This document shows positions 18,109-27,540 of a stretch of 64,000 nucleotides of DNA, one piece after another. A program made the translations under genes and the position numbers. Numbering within the stretch: position 1 is the first letter of the stretch; each line of letters begins with the position of its first letter. Source of the DNA: Alphaproteobacteria bacterium (GTDB taxonomy: Bacteria > Pseudomonadota > Alphaproteobacteria > CALKHQ01); the NCBI GenBank assembly GCA_965227515.1, contig CBDDFZ010000001.1:1056001-1120000 (forward strand), in the 5' to 3' direction. The notes below the pieces were generated by a model, which was not told the DNA's origin, ran no database searches, and was given only the letters and a program-made list of their open reading frames with translations.

Positions 18109-19551
18109 TTAGTCCGATACCTCGAGGCATTGCTCCATCGGCCGCACGCTGACGGCGAGCGGCGTCTCCATCCGGTCGGCTTGCGCCTCCCAGTCGTCGA
18201 AGCGGCCATAGGCGGCCCAGATGGTGGAGCCCGACGGCAGCTCAGGATACTCGTTTTCGCCATTGGTGCCCCAGTTGACCCAGCCGCTGTCGTAGCGCTG
18301 GACGATCTGCATCCGCGGCGACGGCCGGTTCATGTAGCGCACGAAGGCATAGCCGGTGCGCGGGCTGTATTCGCAGGTCTTCTGGGCGTTGAGCGCGAAG
18401 ATGGTCTGCTGCGGCACCTTGTTCACGTCGACCGCGTCGTCGGTGTAGTGGAAGTGAGTGTGGTCGCGGTCGCTCCAGACGATCTCGTTGGCCGAGCGCC
18501 AGATCTTCTCTACCTCCGCTTTCAGAACATCTTCCGGCAGCGCCTTCTCGACCGCGCAGAACAGGCGCCAGTAATTGTCCCAGTGCCAGGTGGAGGGGTC
18601 CTGCGCCGGATCTATGCCGAGCCGATCCATCGCCTTGGCCAGCGCTTCCGGCTCGCGCTCCTGCAGGTCGCGCAGCCGCGCCAGCAAGATCTCCGCATAC
18701 AGGTCGCCCTCGCGGTAGGCGGTGCCGCCCTTGTGGCGATAGGTGGAGAGCATCAGGTTCGACTTGCCGCTCTCGATCTCGTCGCCGACGGTGATGCGGT
18801 TGGCGCAGCGCCGACCGTCGATCTCGGTGTCGAAGTCGTCGACGAAGTAGGTGCGGGTGAACAGCGGCGTGCCCACATAGAAGCGCCACACGACCTCGAT
18901 CGTCTTGCCGCGCAGTTCGGGGCGCAGGCCCTCCGGCACGTCGACCGTCATCCGGTACTGGCACGTCACCGGACCCTCGCAGATGACCTCGAAGCTAGCG
19001 ACGGCGTGGGCCGGCGGGTTGATCAGCCCATTCTCCGGCGTAAAGAACGGGCCGTAGACGCCGCCGAAGGCATTGGCGTTGCCGGCGATAAGGTTGATGC
19101 GCTGGTCGGTCTGTTCGAAATGGCGGATGCCCCACTTGCTGGCGCCGTCGCCGCGCGCGGTGCCGGTACACAGTTCCAGCACGTAGCAGCCGGTGTCGAG
19201 ACGGCGGAAGCCGTCACCGAGTTTCGGCTCGAGGATGCGGATGCCGTCCGGTTCGCCGTCCATCGGTTCGTCCGACAGCCAGACCGCATAGCGGCGCCGC
19301 GCCTCTCCGGCTGCCAGGGTCACCGGCAGGCACAGGGTCGCCGACACCGGCGCGCCCTCGGCGTCCGCGTGCCACTGCGTCACCTGCGCCGGCACGCGCC
19401 CGCCCTCGGCATCGGTGACGGCGATACCGTCGCGGTGCGGGCGCACCCGGTCGAGCGAAAGAGTGAACTCCACCGGCTCCGTAATCCTACCGCGACCGAG
19501 CGGATCGACCACGTCAACCGGTATGCAGAATTGCGCCAATGGCTCGGTCAT
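18109..19551 (-). CDS. hypothetical protein (480 aa) in sugar operon
   Basis: Long ORF with GGAAGGA RBS, co-oriented between the permease and dehydrogenase; no motif recognised; no signal peptide. Confidence 0.85.
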   Translation of the reverse strand: MTEPLAQFCIPVDVVDPLGRGRITEPVEFTLSLDRVRPHRDGIAVTDAEGGRVPAQVTQWHADAEGAPVSATLCLPVTLAAGEARRRYAVWLSDEPMDGEPDGIRILEPKLGDGFRRLDTGCYVLELCTGTARGDGASKWGIRHFEQTDQRINLIAGNANAFGGVYGPFFTPENGLINPPAHAVASFEVICEGPVTCQYRMTVDVPEGLRPELRGKTIEVVWRFYVGTPLFTRTYFVDDFDTEIDGRRCANRITVGDEIESGKSNLMLSTYRHKGGTAYREGDLYAEILLARLRDLQEREPEALAKAMDRLGIDPAQDPSTWHWDNYWRLFCAVEKALPEDVLKAEVEKIWRSANEIVWSDRDHTHFHYTDDAVDVNKVPQQTIFALNAQKTCEYSPRTGYAFVRYMNRPSPRMQIVQRYDSGWVNWGTNGENEYPELPSGSTIWAAYGRFDDWEAQADRMETPLAVSVRPMEQCLEVSD

Positions 19552-19615
19552 GCCGTTTTCCTTCCGACGTATGTGCTGGCGTGTGCGCTGGCAGGAATGC
19601 GTGCTGACGGGCCGG

Positions 19616-20437
19616 TCATTTAATCGCCCCCATGGTCACGCCGCGCCGGAAGCTGCGCTGGGTAAAGATGTAAAGCAGCAATATCGGCACGAACATGATC
19701 ACGCAGGTCGTGGCGACCAGCTCGTAGTTGAAGGTGAACCGCCCCATGAAATCGATCACCGACACGCTGAGCGGCATCAGGTCCTGCTGGGTGGCGATGA
19801 CCAGCGGCAGGAAGAAGCTGTTCCAGGCCCACAGGAACTCGATCACCGCCAGCGCGCCGATGCCGGGCAGGCTGACCGGCACCATGATGCGGACGAGGAT
19901 CTGCAGGTCGCCGCAGCCATCCAGCCGGGCGGCGTCGATCAGGTCGCGCGGCACGTCGCGCAGGAACGTGGTCATCAGGAAGATGCCGAACGAGAGCCCC
20001 AGCGCGATCAGCGGCAGGATCATGCCGACATAGCTGTTCAAGAGGCCCCAGTCCTTCAGCAGGTTGTAGACCGGGATCAGGATCGAGACCTCGGAGACCA
20101 TCAGCCCGACCAGAACCAGCACGAACAGCACCTGCTTGCCGACGAAGTCGTAGACAGCGAAGGCGAACGCCGCCAGCGACGACAGGATGATCGTCAGGAT
20201 CGTCACCGCGCCGGAGATCAGCAGGCTGTTCAGCACCGCCTGGTAGTAGCCGCGGTCGACCAGGACGAGGCCGTAATTCTGCCAGCGCGGATCCTCGGGG
20301 AGCGCGAACACGCTGGCGATCAGCTCGCCCTGCGACTTCAGCGAGGTGACGAACAGCAGATAGACCGGGGCGATCGAGATCACGGTGAAGACGATCAGGA
20401 CCGTGTTGGCGCCAAACGCGTTGACCAGCCGGTTCAT
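19616..20437 (-). CDS. carbohydrate ABC permease (MalG-like)
   Basis: IDAARLDGCG, FLWAWNSFFLPL, FRRGVTMGAIK; ATGA overlap with the upstream permease. Confidence 0.93.
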   Translation of the reverse strand: MNRLVNAFGANTVLIVFTVISIAPVYLLFVTSLKSQGELIASVFALPEDPRWQNYGLVLVDRGYYQAVLNSLLISGAVTILTIILSSLAAFAFAVYDFVGKQVLFVLVLVGLMVSEVSILIPVYNLLKDWGLLNSYVGMILPLIALGLSFGIFLMTTFLRDVPRDLIDAARLDGCGDLQILVRIMVPVSLPGIGALAVIEFLWAWNSFFLPLVIATQQDLMPLSVSVIDFMGRFTFNYELVATTCVIMFVPILLLYIFTQRSFRRGVTMGAIK

Positions 20438-21318
20438 GCCGCCGCCATCCGCGCGGCGCGCGCGCGCGCGTTCCATAGCAGCAGCACGCTGAGCGCCAGG
20501 ATGATCGCGGTCAGCACTGTGCTCATGGTCGCGGCGTAGTGCACCTGGCCCTGGCGTATGAACAGGTCGAACATGTAGACGGCGACGATCTGGGTCGCGT
20601 TGTCCGGCCCGCCCTTGGTGGCGACGTAGATGATGTCGAAGAATTTCATCGAGCCGATCACTGTGTAGACCAGCACGAACACGATGGTCGGCCGCAGCAA
20701 CGGTATGGTGATCCGCCAGAACTGCTGGATCGGACCGGCGCCGTCGATGCGGGCGGCATCGTAGATTTCCGGGTCGATACCCTGCAGGCCGGCGAGGAAG
20801 ATCAGGGTGCAGAAGCCGTAATAGCCCCAGCTTCCGATCATGTTGACCGCGACCAGCGCGGAGCCGGCGTCGCCCAGCCAGGGGCGCGCCAGGCTGGCCA
20901 GCCCGATCAGATCCAACCCCTGATTCAGGGCGCCGAACGTGGGGTTGTAGATCCAGCCCCAGATGATCGCCGCCATGATCGGCGCGACAGTGGCGGGCAG
21001 GAAAAAGACGGTGGCGTAGAACAGCCGGGCGCGCCGGTGCACCAGCAGGACCGCCAGCACCAGGCCGATGGTCACGGGCACGACGATGCTGAGCGCCACC
21101 CAGATCAGGTTGTGGCCCAGCGCGCGCAGGAACAGGTCGTCGGAGATCAGCCGCTCGTAATTGTCGAGGCCAACGAACTGCACCGCGGATTCGCGGCCGG
21201 CTTCCGGCGTCAGCGTGCTGAGGATGCCATTCTGGGCGATCGGATAGAATATCCACAGGCCCAGGTACAGAAGGGCGGGCGCCAGGAACAGGTACGGCGC
21301 TGGTGTCTTGTTCGGCAT
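20434..21318 (-). CDS. carbohydrate ABC permease (MalF-like)
   Basis: FVGLDNY, YDAARIDGAG, FDIIYVATKGGP. Confidence 0.93.
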   Translation of the reverse strand: MPNKTPAPYLFLAPALLYLGLWIFYPIAQNGILSTLTPEAGRESAVQFVGLDNYERLISDDLFLRALGHNLIWVALSIVVPVTIGLVLAVLLVHRRARLFYATVFFLPATVAPIMAAIIWGWIYNPTFGALNQGLDLIGLASLARPWLGDAGSALVAVNMIGSWGYYGFCTLIFLAGLQGIDPEIYDAARIDGAGPIQQFWRITIPLLRPTIVFVLVYTVIGSMKFFDIIYVATKGGPDNATQIVAVYMFDLFIRQGQVHYAATMSTVLTAIILALSVLLLWNARARAARMAAA

Positions 21319-21391
21319 GTCCGCCTTCGAAATTGCTGGAGGGGCGCGGCCGCGACGTGCGGCCGCGCCGAGAGTGGGCCGGGCGGGAGGG

Positions 21392-22705
21392 CTAGGGCTC
21401 CCACACCTCGCCGGCCTCGGTCGCCGCCTGCATCTGCTCGTCCAGCTTGGCAAGGAACTCCTCGGGCGGCGTGTCGCCGGTGAGCACGCCCTGGATGTCG
21501 TTGTACATCACGAACGTCACCCGCGGCGGCGCCGTGGTGTGGAACGCGTCGACATTCAGGTCCTGCATCGCCGCTCCGGTGGCGAAGGCGTCGGCGACGA
21601 CGCCGGCCATGCCGTAGGTCTCGAAGTCGATCGGCGTCTTCTGGATCGGGATGGTGTAACCCTCGGTGACCCAGGTCTCCAGCCAGCGCGGATCGGACAC
21701 GAAGTCGATGTATTCGGCCGCCAGGTCGGGCACCTTGGAGCCGGCCCAGATGTACCAGGCGGAGCCTTCCGACATGTGCGTTGCCTGGGGCACGCCCTCC
21801 TTGAACTGCGGCATGTAGAAGACGTCCAGCCGCTCCTCGGGCATGTTCTCGATGACCGTGTGGATCACCCAGGTGCCGGTCCAGATCGCGGTCGCCTGGC
21901 CCGAATAGAACTGCAGCAGCGCATCGTTGTAGGACGTGCCGTTGAAGCCGGGACTGAAGCAGTCGTGATCGACCATCTGCAGGATCAGGTCCAGCGCCTC
22001 GCGCGGTTCCGCCGAATTCCAGGGCTGGCGCCCCTGGAGCAAGGCGAGCCCGACATCACGGCCGCCGACGAGGGCGGTCACGTCGGTCCACATGTTCACC
22101 GCCGGCCACAGATCCTGGTTGCCGAGCGAGATCGGGATCAGTCCCGCCTCGCTGGCGGTGTCGCACCATGCCAGCACGTCCTCGAACGACTGCGGCGGCT
22201 CCAGCCCCAGTTCGGCGAAGATTTCGGTGTTATAGTAAACGTACTCGAGATCCTGCTCCCACGGATACGCATAGAGCTTGCCGCGGAAGGAGTTGCGCTC
22301 GATGGCCCACTGCGGCAGCCGATCGAACCAGCCATACTGCTCCGCATAGGGCGTAAGGTCGGTCAGGTAGCCGGCATTGGCGTAGGCGGTGAGCCCGGCA
22401 CCCGACGGCCAGCTATAGAACACGTCCGGCGCCTCGCCCGAGGTCAGCGCCAGCTCGACGGCGTTGCGGATCGGGAACCCGCCGCCGAACACCGAGCGCG
22501 AGAACACCACGCACGGGTGCTCGGCCTGGAATTCCTGATGAATCTTTTCGATTGCCGGTCCCGCAGCCGTCATGCCGTAGTACTCGAACTGATCCCAGAC
22601 GGTCAGGATCTGCCGGTCCTCTTCGGCGCATTCCTGGGCCGATGCGGTAGCGGCGAGGCCGCTGGAAACCGCCATCGCCGCGGCAATCATCGTCCAACGC
22701 TTCAT
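21392..22705 (-). CDS. sugar ABC substrate-binding protein
   Basis: Sec signal MKRWTMIAAAMAVSSGLAATASA; GEAPDVF, GYLTDLT, VYYNTEIFAELGLEPP. Confidence 0.93.
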   Translation of the reverse strand: MKRWTMIAAAMAVSSGLAATASAQECAEEDRQILTVWDQFEYYGMTAAGPAIEKIHQEFQAEHPCVVFSRSVFGGGFPIRNAVELALTSGEAPDVFYSWPSGAGLTAYANAGYLTDLTPYAEQYGWFDRLPQWAIERNSFRGKLYAYPWEQDLEYVYYNTEIFAELGLEPPQSFEDVLAWCDTASEAGLIPISLGNQDLWPAVNMWTDVTALVGGRDVGLALLQGRQPWNSAEPREALDLILQMVDHDCFSPGFNGTSYNDALLQFYSGQATAIWTGTWVIHTVIENMPEERLDVFYMPQFKEGVPQATHMSEGSAWYIWAGSKVPDLAAEYIDFVSDPRWLETWVTEGYTIPIQKTPIDFETYGMAGVVADAFATGAAMQDLNVDAFHTTAPPRVTFVMYNDIQGVLTGDTPPEEFLAKLDEQMQAATEAGEVWEP

Positions 22706-22884
22706 TCGCTTTCCTCCCGGTTGCCGGCCGGTTCGGGCGCTTTGGCGGGCAGCGGCGGCACGACGCCGTGCCGGCGGGCGCCCGTCCGGCAATTCGAACA
22801 GGGTAGGTAGAAGCCCCCGGCCGGGAAACAGCGATCTCGTGCGGATTGGCCAAAAAATATCCAGAATGGATAATTGATTATGTG

Positions 22885-24630
22885 TCAGGAAGTAAGGGCG
22901 TTTTCAGTCCGCTGCTGTACGCGTGCCAGTACACCGCGGGGCGGGTGCCGGTGCAGCAGCATGTCGTGGATTTCCTCGCCCAGGATTTCAATCAGGGTGG
23001 AGATGCCGGGCACCGGCGGCCGGGGCCACATGCGCATGAAACCGCGGCTATGGAAATCGTCGATGGCATCGATCATCGGCGAGCGCGCGCGCACCTCGGC
23101 GTCGCGGCAGACGCTGAGCCTGGCGCAGGCCAGGTTTCCGTTCATACTGAACAGCTTCATCACCTCCGGTGAGGTCAGCGAGCGTATCGCCGTCCAGGCC
23201 GCCTCCACCCGTGCAGGCTCGAGATTAGCCGGAATTGCGAGCGCATAGCCGCCCATCGGCGTGATCGGCCGCCCGCGTGGGCCCACCGGATGCGGCAGAT
23301 ATCCCGTTCGCCCGAAGGCCGCGCAGTTTTCGTTGAGCTCGAAGACCGGCGCCAGCAGCGAGTGGGAATAGGCGAAAGCGGACTCGCCACGGGCGAAGGT
23401 GGTCGCGCGGTCGTACCACGCCATGCCGAGGATGTTCGGCGGCGAGTGGTCCATCAGTTCGCGCATGAACTCGGCCGTTTGCAGCGCCTCGTCGCTCAGG
23501 AACTGCGGCACCGGCCGCCAGTCGCGGTCGACCGCCGCATCGAACCCGCCCTCCGATGCGGGAAGGCTCAGCACGCTCTGGCCGAAGGCGGCCATCATCA
23601 TCATGAAGCTGTGGCCGAGCGGCGTGCCGCGCGCGGCGTTCCACGACACGCCCCACATCCGCTCGCGCGTTCTGCTGACCAGCGGCAAGGCCCGCACTAG
23701 GTCTGCCGCCGTCCGCGGCGGCTCCAGGTCCAGGCCCTCCAGCACATCGGTGCGATAAACCAGCATCTCAGCCGTGGTGACGATGGGTACGCCGTAGCTG
23801 CGGCCCAGGTATGAGGCGCTGGAAAGCGCGTCGGGGTAGAAGTCCTCCAGGTCGGTTCCGGCGGATGCGATCAGGTCGTCGAGCGGCCGCAGCACTCCCT
23901 CCGCGGCCAGTTCGCCGAACCAGGGCAGGTCGCAGGCAAGGATGTCGTAGCGCGAACTCGCGAGCCGGGCGTTCTCCAGTATCTGCAGGCGCAACCGGTC
24001 GATGGATAGCGCGCGGCTGCTGATGGCGGTGCCGAGGATCAGCTCGACCTGACGTTTGAGCGTGTTCATCGCGGTGAATGTCGGGTCGGCGTGCAGCAGC
24101 AGGCGCAGGCCCGAGCCCGCATCCAGCCGGCGGTTGAGCACGACCGGCGGGCCGATGATCCGATCCCGGGCGGTCGCGATGCTGCCCCGATCGGCCGCTC
24201 CGCTCTGGGCGACGAAGCTCGCCAGATGTTCCCGAAGCTGTCTGGCCAGGAGACTCCAGCGCCGGAGCAGTTCGTCGGTCGGGTGCAGCGAGAACGACCG
24301 GCCGCTGCGCGTGCGCGGCCGGACCATCACGAAGTCCGATGCCCGCAACCTGTCGATCAGACGCATGGCCGAGCCGTAGCTCATCCCGGAGGCGGCGACG
24401 GCCGACGACGTGGTGACCACCTGGCCAAGGAAATGGCTGCGCAGCAGGTAGAGGATCATTTTCAGACCATGCGGGCCGCTCCGCAGGCCAAAGGTGTCGG
24501 ACACCTCCACGTCGAGCTGTTCCACAAGGTCGAGCACACGAAGCTGCGCGGGATTACCCGGCAGATGCGCGGGACCGACGTCGCCGCGCTCGTAGGGGCC
24601 TTCTGGCTCACGAACGACCGGATGCTTCAT
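22885..24630 (-). CDS. MarR-like wHTH fused to sugar-binding-protein domain (regulator)
   Basis: N-terminal SSAVAASGMSYGSAMRLIDRL...RPRTRSGRSFSLHPT; C-terminal YDILACDLPW, LVYRTDVL, GGYALAIP; no signal peptide. Confidence 0.8.
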   Translation of the reverse strand: MKHPVVREPEGPYERGDVGPAHLPGNPAQLRVLDLVEQLDVEVSDTFGLRSGPHGLKMILYLLRSHFLGQVVTTSSAVAASGMSYGSAMRLIDRLRASDFVMVRPRTRSGRSFSLHPTDELLRRWSLLARQLREHLASFVAQSGAADRGSIATARDRIIGPPVVLNRRLDAGSGLRLLLHADPTFTAMNTLKRQVELILGTAISSRALSIDRLRLQILENARLASSRYDILACDLPWFGELAAEGVLRPLDDLIASAGTDLEDFYPDALSSASYLGRSYGVPIVTTAEMLVYRTDVLEGLDLEPPRTAADLVRALPLVSRTRERMWGVSWNAARGTPLGHSFMMMMAAFGQSVLSLPASEGGFDAAVDRDWRPVPQFLSDEALQTAEFMRELMDHSPPNILGMAWYDRATTFARGESAFAYSHSLLAPVFELNENCAAFGRTGYLPHPVGPRGRPITPMGGYALAIPANLEPARVEAAWTAIRSLTSPEVMKLFSMNGNLACARLSVCRDAEVRARSPMIDAIDDFHSRGFMRMWPRPPVPGISTLIEILGEEIHDMLLHRHPPRGVLARVQQRTENALTS

Positions 24631-24756
24631 CCCGTCAGGTTAGCATGACGAGGCGCTGACGAATGATACCATCCGACAAGATGGACCGCGGCGGTGGGTC
24701 GCCAGCACGCGAAGATCCCAACGGCGACATGCAGGCGAGCCGTCCGGACCATGCGG

Positions 24757-25052
24757 TCACTCCGACCGGTCGTCGGTGGTGAACAGGGCCGCGATCCGCC
24801 AGCCATCGCCGGTTTCCACCGCCAGCATGCTGACGAGAAAGCGCAGCTCGCTCGGCGCGGCGGCCTGGCCGATCACCAGCGTCAGCGGCAGGTGCAGGAA
24901 GCCGCTTCGTCAGAAATGACGACCGGCGTGGCGTTCTCAAGATCCGGCTCCACCCGCAAGACCTCGGACTTCTGGAACACCGCCGTGCGGCTGACTATGG
25001 TGTCGGCACCCCAATAGGTCATGCCGTTGCTGACCCACAGGAATTGCGGCGT
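24757..25052 (-). pseudogene. 5'-truncated, frameshifted NTF2/SnoaL-like gene
   Basis: PQFLWVSNGMTYWGADTIVSR...VISDEA, 1-nt frameshift near 24900, then FLHLPLTLVIG...LRFLVSMLAVETGDGWRIAALFTT*. Confidence 0.65.
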
Positions 25053-25160
25053 GGATACCTCAGCGTCGAGCTCTTCTACCCGGTCGAGTACACGAAGCTG
25101 TACCGGAGCGGCCAAGTGTAGCGCAAGTCCGACGTGATTTGAACTTCGAGGGGCCATTCG
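25053..25160 (-). pseudogene. fragment paralogous to the 5' end of the wHTH-SBP regulator
   Basis: VG...PVQLRVLDRVEELDAEVS versus VG...PAQLRVLDLVEQLDVEVS at about 24500-24580; visible nucleotide similarity. Confidence 0.7.
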
Positions 25161-25258
25161 ACACACGATCTGGTACTCGACTCTTTTCGAGCCACAAGCT
25201 ATGCTGCTCAAAAAGCAGGCAAGGGAGGAAGAAGGATGTAGTGATCGAAGGTGAGGTC

Positions 25259-26488
25259 ATGACCACCCATTACTCCCTGAGCAGCTTTATCCGGCAAGCT
25301 GCAAACCGCCATTTGGCGGAATATGCCGAGCATAATGCCATCGACCTCGGCACCGACATATCGCAGCTTAAACCAAGAACATTCCAGCCTATTTTCGAGG
25401 CAGTCATGGCGCTGCCGGAGGACGCGCGCGCCGCTATAGATGCAGACTTCCGGAAGGTCGCATTGCTGGGCAACCAAGCCGGGTTACAGCACTTGCGCGC
25501 AGAGGCCGACCATAAGGGTTTGGACCTTGGTTCCGCACTGCAGACCCAGAACAGCTTTCTCAACAAAGCGTTCTGGGCCTTCTTGAACCATCGCAACGTC
25601 TTTGACCGAGCATCACGGTTCGCGACGCCGCATCTGACCGGACGCTACTGGAAGCGCGGGCTGCCGCTCGTCAGCGCACCGGGCATCGAACTCGGCGACC
25701 GGGTAGACGTCTTGAGAGAAGCCATCAGCCTTCACTTCTTCAAGGAAGAGGGGCGCGGGCGGGCTTGCAAGGTCGACTACGACGCCCGACGACCGAGCCA
25801 CATGTTCTACGCCTTCCCAGAGGATTACCCCGCCGCCCCGCTGGCCTGGTTGCGCGATGAACTGGCGCCACATCCGTTCCGGCCAGCCTTCGAGGTTGTG
25901 TTTGTGTATCGCGACGATGACGGCACCCTTGACGTGTATTTCGAGGGCGCGAAAGCGAGCGTCGATCAACTGTGGCAATTGTTCGCCAGATCGGTCCTCG
26001 GGCTCACCGACCTGCCGACGCTCACAAAGCCAGCCTACTGGCTGGAGCCGCTAAAGTCGTCCTCGTTCTCGTTCACTTGGCCAATTCAGGCACCTATCAC
26101 CTCCGTTCGAACCAAGCGCCTGACGTTCGCGACGATGGGTGACACGCCGACCAGGGTCTCAGTGACGTCCGATGTCTCGAATGATGGATCCGCTCTTCAC
26201 CGCGCGATCGATCGACTATTCGTTCGAGATGGGCCATCGGTGGGGCGCATGTCGCTCAATCATGCCAGGGTCGTCGGTGCTCAGTTGCAAGCGGTCGTAG
26301 ACCATCACGACGGCACACGGCCCAAAACGCGCTCTTTCGATATCTCAGAGCAGTCTTGCGCTCTGAAGCATGATGGAGATGACCTGCACTTGCGGCACAT
26401 GCTAGCCGCCAGCGGCATTGACCGAACCACAGGTTTTTCAAGTGATGACGCCCCAGCAGGATCGCGCACTCAACGCGCTGCTGAGTGA
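25259..26488 (+). CDS. hypothetical protein (409 aa), element gene A
   Basis: GAGG RBS, ATG 25259; overlaps the next gene; no recognised domain. Confidence 0.85.
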   Translation: MTTHYSLSSFIRQAANRHLAEYAEHNAIDLGTDISQLKPRTFQPIFEAVMALPEDARAAIDADFRKVALLGNQAGLQHLRAEADHKGLDLGSALQTQNSFLNKAFWAFLNHRNVFDRASRFATPHLTGRYWKRGLPLVSAPGIELGDRVDVLREAISLHFFKEEGRGRACKVDYDARRPSHMFYAFPEDYPAAPLAWLRDELAPHPFRPAFEVVFVYRDDDGTLDVYFEGAKASVDQLWQLFARSVLGLTDLPTLTKPAYWLEPLKSSSFSFTWPIQAPITSVRTKRLTFATMGDTPTRVSVTSDVSNDGSALHRAIDRLFVRDGPSVGRMSLNHARVVGAQLQAVVDHHDGTRPKTRSFDISEQSCALKHDGDDLHLRHMLAASGIDRTTGFSSDDAPAGSRTQRAAE

Positions 26489-27446
26489 TTTGATTGCTCG
26501 GCTTGCTGCCTCGGGCGGCGACCCAATCTCAATCCAAAGGGATGAATTCCGACCCCCTCAGCATGGCGGCCTGCGGGTGTTTGAAGCTCAATATCTCCTG
26601 AGTCCCATTGAGCCCCGAAGGTCGGTTATCTGCGACGGCTGCGAGCGCAGATGCCCTATGGAGGTGACATTTGAGGCCAGGCGAGGCAGACCGGCAGACG
26701 CCTTCGTTGTCTGCGACAAGCGCACGGACATAGCTCGAGTTCCAGTTGATATGCGTCGGCTGTCCCGATGGTCGCTATCCCTGCAAACAGTCGGCCACGT
26801 CCTCAAGTGGGTGATGCCAACAAGCCAATATCCTTATCGCCTTGACGGTGACGAGTTCTGGAGACTGGGGCGGTTTGCACAACACAGCCACAAGGATGAA
26901 ACGGTCGACGTGGTCCTCCTGGAGCAACTCGGCGACCAGCCAATGGAAGCCGGCCTCGTGATCGTGCTTTCGCGAACTTCGCAACCCATTGGCGCTGGCG
27001 TTGTAGCTCTACCGGACCTGCTGTTGGTCAAGGACGGCCGCCTGAGCGTCAACAGGACCGCACTCCGCCGCGCCCTGGAAGGGCCTCGCGAAGACGATGG
27101 CCGCATAGCGTGTGAAATCCGCTTCGGCCTTGGCGAAATCCTGCTTGTCAATCACGTGACACGGCAGCGAACCGTCCTTGCGCGTCCAAATTTCAACTCG
27201 TCGAACGACAACGCATTTCAGGTGCTTTTCGCAAAGCCTGGCGTGAGATTCACACTCTCGGAACTTCGCGCGGCCGCAGGGGACCAAACAATCGTAGGCC
27301 TGCACAAATTGGTCGAGAATCTCCATTTCGAAGGGCTGTTAAAGGCGGTCTTTTTCCGCGTATCGAAGGATGCGATCCAGTTTCGAAGACATGTAACCGT
27401 AGGCGAACTTGCCACCCATGGCATCGATCCGAGGGAAATCGTCTAA
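26445..27446 (+). CDS. hypothetical protein with Cys4 Zn motif and C-terminal wHTH-like region, element gene B
   Basis: VICDGCERRC...FVVCDK; C-terminal AFQVLFAKPGVRFTLSELR...; 44-nt overlap with gene A. Confidence 0.8.
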   Translation: MTPQQDRALNALLSDLIARLAASGGDPISIQRDEFRPPQHGGLRVFEAQYLLSPIEPRRSVICDGCERRCPMEVTFEARRGRPADAFVVCDKRTDIARVPVDMRRLSRWSLSLQTVGHVLKWVMPTSQYPYRLDGDEFWRLGRFAQHSHKDETVDVVLLEQLGDQPMEAGLVIVLSRTSQPIGAGVVALPDLLLVKDGRLSVNRTALRRALEGPREDDGRIACEIRFGLGEILLVNHVTRQRTVLARPNFNSSNDNAFQVLFAKPGVRFTLSELRAAAGDQTIVGLHKLVENLHFEGLLKAVFFRVSKDAIQFRRHVTVGELATHGIDPREIV

Positions 27447-27460
27447 CACTGTCGGTTCGC

Positions 27461-27540
27461 TCCCGATCCATCCCCATCCGTCCCTTTCTATCCCCACCAT
27501 GACGACGTGAGCCCGCCTGCGGCCGTATCCGGTCGTCATG
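27461..27540. promoter_or_regulatory. four phased 10-bp repeats plus hairpin upstream of the replication module
   Basis: TCCCGATCCA TCCCCATCCG TCCCTTTCTA TCCCCACCAT, then ATGACGAC...GTCGTCAT inverted repeat overlapping the next ATG. Confidence 0.6.

Noticed and set aside
25139-25260. Left boundary of the island at the start of the AT-richer block
   Set aside because: No att-like sequence found here, whereas 16172 supplies the core, the symmetric arm and an in-frame integrase tail
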